In this document: positions 38,378-47,644 of the stretch, one piece after another
How the letters are laid out: the number at the start of each line of letters is the position of its first letter
Numbering within the stretch: position 1 is the first letter of the stretch
NCBI GenBank assembly: GCA_965214095.1
Contig: OZ243938.1
Location: forward strand, 4,480,001-4,544,000
Reading direction: 5' to 3'
DNA: 64,000 nt
Source of the DNA: Candidatus Poribacteria bacterium
GTDB taxonomy: Bacteria > Poribacteria > WGA-4E > WGA-3G
Program-made: the position numbers and the translations under genes
The notes under the pieces: generated by a model
The model's input: only the letters and a program-made list of their open reading frames with translations
Database searches by the model: none
What the model was told of the DNA's origin: nothing

Positions 38378-39013
38378 ATGGTACTCAAGCCTCCTATTCC
38401 TCAATTCACGGATACTCGGACTATCCATATCTCTGGGAGAGAATTCTTATATATCAGCAATCTTCTCTCAATGTTCAGGTTGTTGATAGTTCCACTTCTC
38501 TTTTGGTACATTTACAATGAACAATACAAACATGCTGTAGTAGTTGGGACAATCGCGATAATCTCAGACATACTGGATGGTTTTTTTGCACGTCTACTGG
38601 ATCAACATTCTGAACTTGGCATTATTCTCGATCCTATTGCCGACAAATTTGCTATTGGAGCCGGAATAGTCGCGATAGCAATTTCAACTGCTGAAACAAC
38701 CGGTATTCCTTTATGGGCATTGTTCGCTGTAATTTTTCGTGATGTTGCAATTGTTTTAGGCAATGTCTATCTTGCCTATCGCGCAAAAATGATTACTCGG
38801 TCAAATTGGTGGGGTAAGTGCACGAGTTTTTCTTTAGCAATCGCACTAATCCTATACCTAATTCGTTCGATGGATTTCCCACTTCCTGACGATATTGAAT
38901 TATATTGTCTTTATATTGCATTGTGTTTTGTTGGTATTTCATTTGTAAGTTATTCACGACATATGCTGCGAGTCTTAAAAACTGAATCAATACAAGAAAA
39001 CCCAATACAGTGA
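38378..39013 (+). CDS. CDP-alcohol phosphatidyltransferase family protein
   Basis: NLLSMFR, SDILDGFFAR...G..LDPIADK; probable start MVLKPP at 38378. Confidence 0.9.
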   Translation: MVLKPPIPQFTDTRTIHISGREFLYISNLLSMFRLLIVPLLFWYIYNEQYKHAVVVGTIAIISDILDGFFARLLDQHSELGIILDPIADKFAIGAGIVAIAISTAETTGIPLWALFAVIFRDVAIVLGNVYLAYRAKMITRSNWWGKCTSFSLAIALILYLIRSMDFPLPDDIELYCLYIALCFVGISFVSYSRHMLRVLKTESIQENPIQ

Positions 39014-39088
39014 TCTCAAATAACACACAGAATATTCACTTTATCTTATGTAGTTACTACTGGATAATTCCGTTTTTAGGTAGATTCT

Positions 39089-39520
39089 ATGGACCTCTAT
39101 TTGAACCCCACTGATGTATCAGAAATTATCGGTGTTGATGAATCAACAATCAAGAAAACTTTAGAAAGAAAACATCCAGAGATTGAACCTTTCCTTCGGG
39201 TCGTTGCTTCACCATCAGAAGAAATTGATGAAACATCTAAAGCCATCCTACAATTACGGATTGATGGATTAGCACCGTTAATCACTCATCTCAGTTTTAA
39301 CATACCAACAAATGAAATTATTGAGAACTTAATTTCTCAAGTTGTCCACATTACATATCTTCGTGAAGATAATGACAAATTACAAATTGATATTAATGAG
39401 TTAAAAGAAAAAGTTAAGACGCTTCAAGAAGAAAAAGCTGATTTACGTGTGCAGGTTAATAAGTTAGAAGAAGAAAAATCTAAGTCATGGCTAGACCGTT
39501 TTTTTAAATCTGGCAAATAA
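39089..39520 (+). CDS. HTH plus coiled-coil protein with amphipathic C-terminal helix
   Basis: DVSEIIGVDESTIKK MerR-like HTH; heptad stretch; ends KSWLDRFFKSGK. Confidence 0.6.
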   Translation: MDLYLNPTDVSEIIGVDESTIKKTLERKHPEIEPFLRVVASPSEEIDETSKAILQLRIDGLAPLITHLSFNIPTNEIIENLISQVVHITYLREDNDKLQIDINELKEKVKTLQEEKADLRVQVNKLEEEKSKSWLDRFFKSGK

Positions 39521-39571
39521 GATGTTGAGCAATCAATTGAATATTCTATTATCTTTAGAAAATAATCTAAT

Positions 39572-40198
39572 ATGATTAAACTTGATAGAAATCAAATCCT
39601 GGCAATATTTTTCACTATACTGGGTCTATTATTTCTATATATCAAATTGGATAACATTACTTGGTTACCTGAACGTTTAGCACATAGTAGCGTTCTTCTA
39701 AAAGGTATATCATTTGTCCTTTTGAGTCTTGCCGCAATATTGGCAAGTATTTCATTCAAAAACAAGTTATTAATCTCTCTTATATCAGGAGTCGGTTTAA
39801 TAATTGGTTTAATATTCCTATTTTTACCAGTACCACTTATTCTTAAAGGTTCAGCATTTCATCTATTATTCACATGTTCTATAGCTTATGGAATGACGAC
39901 TGCAACAAAGCGTATTGCAACAATAGTTTCTTCAGTCTGCATATCTCTTGGTTTCATTTTTCTATATCAAACGTTTTTACCCAACCTTGGAAATGCTGCT
40001 CTATCATTACTGCTACCAGGTATAGTTGTTTTTTCCATTGTCAATTCGCAAAAGGTTCTCTGTGAAAGAATTTCAATTGGACTGATTGTCCTCGGTTTAA
40101 TCTCACTTTGTCAACCTTTTCTTATCCTTTTTTATCAAACAGGTTTTCAATTATTACTAACAGGTCTAACAGGTTTTATCGTTGTGGCACATCGTTAA
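39572..40198 (+). CDS. hypothetical integral membrane protein
   Basis: About 8 hydrophobic segments; internal repeat FLFL/FLYQ...FHLL/FQLL. Confidence 0.7.
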   Translation: MIKLDRNQILAIFFTILGLLFLYIKLDNITWLPERLAHSSVLLKGISFVLLSLAAILASISFKNKLLISLISGVGLIIGLIFLFLPVPLILKGSAFHLLFTCSIAYGMTTATKRIATIVSSVCISLGFIFLYQTFLPNLGNAALSLLLPGIVVFSIVNSQKVLCERISIGLIVLGLISLCQPFLILFYQTGFQLLLTGLTGFIVVAHR

Positions 40199-40288
40199 AT
40201 CATCATAAAATTGGACATAAATTATTCCTTCCGTTCAATGTACCTGACTCATACTCATTCAAAAAACCACAATAACATTACATAGATT

Positions 40289-41419
40289 TTGCCAATGATG
40301 TCAACAAATCCAAAAAATATTGTTATAATCGGGGCAGGTGTGATAGGTGCTTCAATTGCCTATAATCTCTCGCTTAGATCAAAATATCACATCACAATTC
40401 TTGAACGTGATACACCGGGATCAGGTGCAACTGGACATTCATTTGCATGGGTAAATGCTTTTGGCAAGGATCCTCGTGATTACCACACGCTCAATCGTCG
40501 TTCTTTAGATATGTGGTATCGGTTAGAACGACAATTTGATGAAGATATCGGTATCCATTACGGTGGAGAAATGCGGTGGGAGTGTACTAATGAACGGGCA
40601 CAACAATTAGCAGAACGCATCCGCCAACTACAAACTTGGGGTTATCCATGTAGATTAATCTCACGAGATGAAATGATAGAATTAGAACCTGATTTATGTC
40701 CAGGAGATATTGTAACCGCCTCCTACTCAGACGCAGATATACACATAGAAACCGATAAATTCATAGGAGTATGTCTTGAAAAAGCGTGTGAAAATGGATC
40801 AGAAGTCATTACAGATACAAATGTTACTGATTTCACAATAGACAATGATAAAATCAAAACTGTCATTACAACAAATACTGCTTATCCTTGTGATATAGTT
40901 ATCCTTGCAAGTGGAATAGAGACAACACAACTGGCTTCAAGAGTTGGAGTGTCCATTCCTCAACAATGCAGCCCTGGAATAGTAATCAAGACAACGCCAT
41001 GTCAAAAGGTGTTACACAATGTTTCAGTAATCCATGCACCACCGGTCCGAGAGAACTTTCAAAATCTACATCTACGACAATTGTCTGATGGTACTCTTAG
41101 GATTGGACAAGGAACACAAGAAGGCATTAATCGTGACGACTCACAACGCCAGGCAGACACACTCCTTGAGTATGCTAAGGTTCACTTACCACGAATAGGC
41201 AATGCACAAGCCATTCCCACTCCTATTGGTTATCGTCCGATGCCACTTGATGGGTATCCTATAATCGGTTTTACCAAAGCACTACAGAATATGTATATTG
41301 CATTAATGCATAGTGGAGTGACGTTAGCACCATTAGTGGGTGAAATGGTAACATTGGAAATAGCAGATAGTGTTGATGTAGATTGGTTCAAACCATATCG
41401 TTTGGAAAGGTTTGTATAA
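40289..41419 (+). CDS. FAD-dependent oxidoreductase (DadA/DAO family)
   Basis: IIGAGVIG, GATGHSFAW, GYRPMPLDGYPIIG, HSGVTLAP. Confidence 0.92.
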   Translation: MPMMSTNPKNIVIIGAGVIGASIAYNLSLRSKYHITILERDTPGSGATGHSFAWVNAFGKDPRDYHTLNRRSLDMWYRLERQFDEDIGIHYGGEMRWECTNERAQQLAERIRQLQTWGYPCRLISRDEMIELEPDLCPGDIVTASYSDADIHIETDKFIGVCLEKACENGSEVITDTNVTDFTIDNDKIKTVITTNTAYPCDIVILASGIETTQLASRVGVSIPQQCSPGIVIKTTPCQKVLHNVSVIHAPPVRENFQNLHLRQLSDGTLRIGQGTQEGINRDDSQRQADTLLEYAKVHLPRIGNAQAIPTPIGYRPMPLDGYPIIGFTKALQNMYIALMHSGVTLAPLVGEMVTLEIADSVDVDWFKPYRLERFV

Positions 41420-41517
41420 TAAATACATAAGATATTAAATTTTCAAAGGTATGGTCTTCTGAGACTACATACTATCTCAAATTGAATACCTATACACTCT
41501 CAAAACTAATGGATATT

Positions 41518-42183
41518 TTATAATCCTTGTAAATAAGACAGGACAGCTTCCTCCATAATTGTTCGTTTGTCGTTATCAAAGAAATTCAGAATTGCATTGA
41601 CATTGTACATTTTCTTTTGCTCATAGGCGGTACGCACATAAGCAGAAAACCCAAATTCTTGATTAGACATATTTTGCTTATTAAATGAGTCGGCACGTCC
41701 CTTTTCTTCGGCAAAAAATTGTTGAAATAAAGATCTTTCCTCTTTACTAACTACATTACACCCACGAAAAAATGTAATATCCTGTTTCCCATAGGATCCA
41801 AAAATAAATAACCCATTGAGTCTTGGTATTCCAGAATTCCACACAGGTTTGGTATGATTTTTTTCAGTAAACTTAGATTCTATAGATACCAGAATACGTT
41901 TATCAAATATAATGAAGTCAGGATAGTTTTGTGAACCAAAAGGTTGGTACAAATAATGTTGTTTAAAATTTGTTTCATTGGAAATTATTTCATCGTTTTG
42001 TAATATTCGTTTTTTTATATCTGAAATATATTCCTTACTTAAATCTGATTTTAATATACGATTATATCCTATATTATTCAATTGTACCATCATTCTTTCT
42101 TCAAAGTCTTTTCCAATTGGTGCATTGAGATAGTTCTTGGCATTATGTTTTATACTGTAGAATAATTCGTAAATTTTACTCAT
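41518..42183 (-). CDS. putative type II restriction endonuclease (PD-(D/E)xK)
   Basis: QPFGSQNYPDFII...IESK; 8-nt overlap with the DNA MTase; visibly AT-rich. Confidence 0.7.
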   Translation of the reverse strand: MSKIYELFYSIKHNAKNYLNAPIGKDFEERMMVQLNNIGYNRILKSDLSKEYISDIKKRILQNDEIISNETNFKQHYLYQPFGSQNYPDFIIFDKRILVSIESKFTEKNHTKPVWNSGIPRLNGLFIFGSYGKQDITFFRGCNVVSKEERSLFQQFFAEEKGRADSFNKQNMSNQEFGFSAYVRTAYEQKKMYNVNAILNFFDNDKRTIMEEAVLSYLQGL

Positions 42184-43069
42184 AATTATCTGTATATTCC
42201 TTCACAAGGTCAGCTTTTCTGAATCCAGGTACTGCAGTAGCAGATTCTTGTGCCAACCGTTCGTAATCAATTCTCATTAAGCGTTTTAATACATTCGGAT
42301 CTTTTGCTTTCAAAAGAATCCATTGTTTGTTTCTCTCGCATCCCCTTTCATCCGTTTCTTTCCGCGTATAATCTTGCCAACCTTGACAAGGAACAGCAAA
42401 ATCAAACGAATTAGAAAAGACTTTTAAAGAGGTAGTTGTGTTATTATATTGCCAAATTTGAAAGTCTTGATGACAAATCGGTAAAGGTTTATTTTGGCGC
42501 ATATCCTTATGTTTACTTGGAATACGTGTCCAAATTTGAAATTCTGTATTGACAGAAAATGGTTTTCCATTATCTAGTATGAATGCGTCTCGCGGTAGTA
42601 TCATTTTGCTAATATAACGCATTCCAGGATCAAGACATTTATGTACAGCATACTTTCGAAATGATAAAGGAACAATAAAAGCTACAATGTCTGATAAAAA
42701 TGCTGCATGATTAAAAAATGCAATTGCTAATTTTCCACGTTTACCAAAAGGAGGATTACCGATAATCGCAGTTTCCTTTACCGATTTAGGTAGACTACAA
42801 ACCGCGAAAAAGTCTTGTGCTCTTACATCTTCACATTTTGGGACAAGATCTATTCCTAATCTTCTATCTTGAGGCAATTGGTCATAAAATGCACCAGTAC
42901 CCGCAGATGGTTCAACAAAGAATAGATCGTTAACAGTTTTACTTAAAGATGGAAGTATATTTGTAAAATGGATCCAACACGAAATTGCAATTTCTCTCTT
43001 CGTATAAAATTGATCTAATGATTCGTTCATATTAGTTAAATTATTTCCTGTGTATGTATAAGTAGACAC
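42176..43069 (-). CDS. amino (N6-adenine-type) DNA methyltransferase, gamma motif order
   Basis: LDQFYT (X), VEPSAGTGAF (I), IIGNPPFG (IV), IVAFIVP. Confidence 0.85.
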   Translation of the reverse strand: MSTYTYTGNNLTNMNESLDQFYTKREIAISCWIHFTNILPSLSKTVNDLFFVEPSAGTGAFYDQLPQDRRLGIDLVPKCEDVRAQDFFAVCSLPKSVKETAIIGNPPFGKRGKLAIAFFNHAAFLSDIVAFIVPLSFRKYAVHKCLDPGMRYISKMILPRDAFILDNGKPFSVNTEFQIWTRIPSKHKDMRQNKPLPICHQDFQIWQYNNTTTSLKVFSNSFDFAVPCQGWQDYTRKETDERGCERNKQWILLKAKDPNVLKRLMRIDYERLAQESATAVPGFRKADLVKEYTDNYE

Positions 43070-43071
43070 TT

Positions 43072-44235
43072 CTACTCAAAAAGTTCCAATTTACCGTTTT
43101 TGACAATCAAGACTTTTGGTTCATAGACAGCATCACCGTTTTCGTCAAAGGAGAACTTGCCCATCACAGTGTCATAGTCACTAATGTTTGCAAGTGCATC
43201 TTTTATAGAATCAGGATCATTTGATTCCGCGTTTCTTATTGCTTCAGCAAGGACATAAAGTGTGGTATATGAACGTGCAGCATAGTTATTTGGTGCAAGA
43301 CCATATTTTGTAGTGTAATTCTGAATAAAAGTCTGATTTCCAGGTTTATCAACTGCAGTTCCCCAACCTACATAGGTGATTGCCCCCTCTGCAGCTTCAC
43401 CAGCTGCCTCTACATCAGCTTCTGTTAATGTTCGCAGAATAATTGGTACTGTGATTCCGAGTGCAGCTGCTTCGCGAAGAACAATAGATTTTTCTGATGG
43501 TAAGGAAGATACAAATATTGCATCTGGTTCTAACTCCTTTATACGACCTAATTGATCTTTTAAACTTGCATCACCACCCATGAATGTCTCTGCTGGCTCC
43601 ACTACAATACCTAACATTTCAAATGTCTTTCTTAATGCTTGATCTGCATCAGTAGAGAAGGCATCGTTTTCATCATATAGTGTCGCAACTTTTTTATATT
43701 TATGCTTTTCGTGTGTTGTTTCCACTCCGTAAGGCACCAAGACATCTGTTGTAAGTGCAATACGAAAAGCATAATCACTTAACGCACTCAGACCACGTGC
43801 AGCAGATGTGGGACTTATCGCCACAACCTTGTTTTCTCCCGCAATAGGAAATGTCTCTTTAGCCGCAGAGGATGTAGCAGGACCTAGAATTACGGATACA
43901 CCATCATCTATCAGTTTGTTGTATGCTGCAACAGCCCCATCAACAGTGCTTTGGCTATCCTCAATTATAAAATTGATGTGAGTACCCGCAAATTGTGAGG
44001 TATTTATCTCATTTTTAGCAAGTTCCAATGCATTTTCAATGTATCTACCAAATGATAATTCAAGTCTTCCAGAAAGTGGTAAAACAAGACCAATATTAAT
44101 TTGTTCATCTGTTTCTTCCATTATAGGTGGCTCAGGATAAAAAATATCTGATGCATATTCACATCCATATATCATCACCAACATCACAACCACTACCAAT
44201 ACAGAGACAGATCTTCTAATGTGTCTAATGTACAT
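43072..44235 (-). CDS. ABC transporter substrate-binding lipoprotein, LivK family
   Basis: Lipobox YG-C; IGLVLPLSG, ILGPATS, GKFSFDENGD. Confidence 0.9.
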   Translation of the reverse strand: MYIRHIRRSVSVLVVVVMLVMIYGCEYASDIFYPEPPIMEETDEQINIGLVLPLSGRLELSFGRYIENALELAKNEINTSQFAGTHINFIIEDSQSTVDGAVAAYNKLIDDGVSVILGPATSSAAKETFPIAGENKVVAISPTSAARGLSALSDYAFRIALTTDVLVPYGVETTHEKHKYKKVATLYDENDAFSTDADQALRKTFEMLGIVVEPAETFMGGDASLKDQLGRIKELEPDAIFVSSLPSEKSIVLREAAALGITVPIILRTLTEADVEAAGEAAEGAITYVGWGTAVDKPGNQTFIQNYTTKYGLAPNNYAARSYTTLYVLAEAIRNAESNDPDSIKDALANISDYDTVMGKFSFDENGDAVYEPKVLIVKNGKLELFE

Positions 44236-44439
44236 AAAACTCCTTTATATAATAATTGTCTATGTAATTAAATTTTAAAATACTGAAATTCAGAGAATAC
44301 AGACAATACATAACATTAATTTTACATCATTTCATATTGGATCGTCAAGATGTATTGTCTTTAATTATAGTCAATATGTTTGATTTTTTTTCTAAAATAT
44401 GTGACAATAATATGGACGTATTCCTGAGGAGGATAAACG

Positions 44440-44946
44440 ATGAACTTACAAAATTTACGACTGGCAGTAACGAAATCAAAAGACATTACACTCAATTTTC
44501 TGGGTCGTGTAATGTCAAATACACATTTAGAACCGATTCGTGATGATGAAGGTATAAAAGGTATTAAAGCATCATGGGTTGGTGAACAAGGTGAACGTAG
44601 TATTGATGTGGATACTGGAGATTTGAATGCTAATCTGACATTGGAATCAGATGAACCACCTGCAATAGAATTTGTCCAACACGGTGATAATCGGAGTGTA
44701 GCAATTAAGAACATCAATAATGTTTCATGCACTGTAGATAAAGATACGTTAGATGAATTTGTTTCACCAAGAGGGGCTGCAATTGCTGTGTGTGCTGGTG
44801 CAGCAGCTGGATTATTAGGTTGGTTTTTTGTTTCTGTTTTGCGTTCTCTGACAGTGTCTGTAAAGAACCAGGAGGAAGCAACTATTTCTGCTATTCCTGC
44901 AGAGGATGTTGAATCTACTGAGGAAGAACATTCTGCAGAAGCATGA
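44440..44946 (+). CDS. hypothetical protein with one C-terminal TM and acidic tail
   Basis: GAGGAGG RBS; ATGA overlap with next gene. Confidence 0.65.
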   Translation: MNLQNLRLAVTKSKDITLNFLGRVMSNTHLEPIRDDEGIKGIKASWVGEQGERSIDVDTGDLNANLTLESDEPPAIEFVQHGDNRSVAIKNINNVSCTVDKDTLDEFVSPRGAAIAVCAGAAAGLLGWFFVSVLRSLTVSVKNQEEATISAIPAEDVESTEEEHSAEA

Positions 44947-46139
44947 AAATCATTGCAGTAGATCCATTTTATTTGCGAATACCCGAAATTACAACTGCAG
45001 CAGATGGCACACAAGATACTTTGTTAGTCCGGATTAGAACTGATGACGGGATTGAAGGATGGGGTGAATGCGATGCATCACCTTTAGTCAGTATCGCAGT
45101 TTATTGTTGTCCTATGTCGCATGGAAATATCATCAATATCAGGACATCATTAATTGGTGAAACGTTAAACTGTCCGGATGATATTCTCAGACTCAGTGAA
45201 AAAGTGCTAAGAAACGGATTGGATATTCAACAGATACAGCATGCATATAGTGGAGCAGAAATTGCGTTGTGGGACATTATTGGGAAAAAGTTAGGTAAAC
45301 CCATTTACCGTCTACTCGCTGAGATGTCTAACTCCTCTGACACTCCATATCCTAAACTCCCGTATGCTTCAGTTCTCTTCGGAAATAACCCTAAAGATAC
45401 ATACCATCTCGCTAAGGATTTGAGTGAACGCGGATATCGTGCAGCCAAATTTGGTTGGGGACCGATGGGTAAATTTGGAGAAGAAAACGATATTGCGCTT
45501 GTGCGTTCAGCACGTAAGGGCATGGGAACTGATGCCCAAATTATGATAGATGCAGGTGTAGTATGGGGAATTGATTACGAAACTGCATACAGACGTGCTA
45601 AAGCATTTGCTGACTATACACCGACATGGTTGGAAGAACCGCTTGCTCCTGATGCTATTGATGCTTATAGTTCACTTATATCTAAGAATCCAAGTGTCCC
45701 TATCGCTGCTGGTGAAGGTTCAAGCACATATCGCATGGCAGAAGACATAATTGTAAACGGTGGTGTTCAGTTCGTCCAGATTGATACGGGACGTATTGGT
45801 GGTATAATGCCATCTTTTCAAGTGCGTCAACTTGCTGAACAACGCGGTGTTCAATATGTAAATCACACCTTTAAAAGTCATCTAAGTCTTGCAGCTGCAC
45901 TTCATGTTTTTGTAACAAATCCAGATTTCGACTTATTAGAGTATCCTGCTGCGGGTTCTGAGTTATCACAACGAATTGCAAAAGAACCTTTTCAGGTTGA
46001 TACAGATGGATTAGTTCGAGTTAAGGAACTCCCTGGACTCGGTGTAGAAGTGGATATTGAAGCTATCCATCCATATTTGGCACCAGTCCATATTGAGATC
46101 GGAACAGAAACCGTTTTTGAACATCCATTACTACAATAA
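44943..46139 (+). CDS. mandelate racemase/muconate lactonizing enzyme family protein
   Basis: GIEGWGE, IALWDI.GK, AKFG, MIDAG, WLEEP, AAGE, PGLGVE. Confidence 0.92.
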   Translation: MKIIAVDPFYLRIPEITTAADGTQDTLLVRIRTDDGIEGWGECDASPLVSIAVYCCPMSHGNIINIRTSLIGETLNCPDDILRLSEKVLRNGLDIQQIQHAYSGAEIALWDIIGKKLGKPIYRLLAEMSNSSDTPYPKLPYASVLFGNNPKDTYHLAKDLSERGYRAAKFGWGPMGKFGEENDIALVRSARKGMGTDAQIMIDAGVVWGIDYETAYRRAKAFADYTPTWLEEPLAPDAIDAYSSLISKNPSVPIAAGEGSSTYRMAEDIIVNGGVQFVQIDTGRIGGIMPSFQVRQLAEQRGVQYVNHTFKSHLSLAAALHVFVTNPDFDLLEYPAAGSELSQRIAKEPFQVDTDGLVRVKELPGLGVEVDIEAIHPYLAPVHIEIGTETVFEHPLLQ

Positions 46140-46161
46140 TAGGTTCGTCAATCTCTTTTAA

Positions 46162-47508
46162 CTATGTTTTCACTGCTTCATCAACAAGTTTTCTTAACTT
46201 GTAACCACGGGATTTATATGAAATCACTTTACCTTCGCGATCAATTAACCATAATGACGGTATGCCACGAATACCGAACAACTTTTTCAGATGACCATCC
46301 TCCCCATTGAATATCTGTCGCCATGGTAGTTGACATTTTGCAAGGAAATTTTGCATATCAGATTCATCACCATCAAGACTAATCCCGATTACTTCAAAAC
46401 CCCTATCTTTATAGGAATCGTATATCCTTTTCACGTTGGGCATTTCTCGAATACAAGGACCACACGTTGTTGCCCAAAAATCAAGTAAAACAACCTTACC
46501 ATAATAGTCCTTAAGCGTGAACGAATTACCTTCAATGTCAGTCACGGTGAAGCCAGGTACTGGCTTTCCAACCATCTTTCTTTTTTCATCGTACTTGTCA
46601 AAATACATTTCTGCAAGTTCCATATTACCTAATTCTTCGTGAGTCACTGCCAATTCCCTATATAAACTCTTCAGCCATGGATTTTTCTGTTCTGTTCTTT
46701 CAAGATTCTTACACAGTTGAAGTGCCTCCTTATGTTTGTTGCCTGCTCGTAGCATCTCCATAAGTGTAAAATAGTCTCTGAACCGCATGATGTCCTCATC
46801 ATGTGGTCTCATGACAGATTTGAATTTAACAATAAGCATTTCAACATCTTTTTCACGTTCTGCAGTTACATAAAGACGAATAAGTTCAATGTAGAGGTAG
46901 AAAAAATTTGGGTCTTCAGGTGCGAGTTCAAGTGCTTTTTCATATCCATCAATTGCTGCTTCAAGGTTACCGTACACTTTTATCGGTTGCTTTCTCCAAT
47001 CTCCTTCAGATGGAAAAATGGTATTTGAAAAACTTAGGTTTAAATATAAATTTGACAACAATGTATGTTCTGAAATGGGGTTTGCATGGTGTGGACATCG
47101 GACAATTGGATTAGTATCGTTGTGAACATGTCGTTCCTCTTTTAGTCATTGTTGATAGTATTCTGGATCACAATCATAATTGTAACTAACAGGTAGTGTC
47201 GGATCAGTATCATAAGGGATAATTGGGATGCCTTGATCTAAATCTGCTGGACATATCAAGGCACCAGAGTCTTTCAGGTAGTTTGGATGAAGATCTGAAA
47301 GCCATTCGGGAAATATGTTATGTTTCTTTTCATACGCTTTTAAAGCATTTCCTATTGAAAGCAGATTGTGTGCACATGAATTCACTTTCTTTGTTTCTTG
47401 TTCGGTTAATTGAAGTTCGTTTTCCTGATCGATATGTAATTTTGGATTATCTGTCATGTTTTGGATAGCAGCAAAAATTATCGGATATACGGATATAAGA
47501 GAAGACAT
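46162..47508 (-). pseudogene. TPR plus TlpA thioredoxin-like protein interrupted by an in-frame TGA at 47146-47148
   Basis: ORFs 47146-47520 and 46162-47061 are in the same frame; read-through gives YYQQ*LKEERHVHND...RCPHH...TPR...LDFWATTCGPC, GIPSLWLID; GGAGG RBS before ATG 47508. Confidence 0.75.
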
Positions 47509-47590
47509 TAATACCTCCATTGTATACTTTTAATAAGTGTCATGTATTTATCTTTTCGTTGTTACATGTTAATGGATGCAGTATTTAACG

Positions 47591-47619
47591 AAAAAGGGAA
47601 GACTTTGCAGCCTTCCCTT
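47591..47619 (-). terminator. rho-independent terminator
   Basis: AAGGGAAG/CTTCCCTT stem with T-tract on the minus strand. Confidence 0.6.
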
Positions 47620-47644
47620 AAATGTTGGTAATTTTTCGTTCAGA

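Noticed and set aside
44361-45014. 217-aa minus-strand ORF
   Set aside because: Antisense to 44440-44946, which has a strong RBS and translational coupling
47146-47148. TGA as evidence of genetic code reassignment
   Set aside because: TGA ends many intact genes here (e.g. 17985, 34888, 58415) and TGG encodes Trp normally
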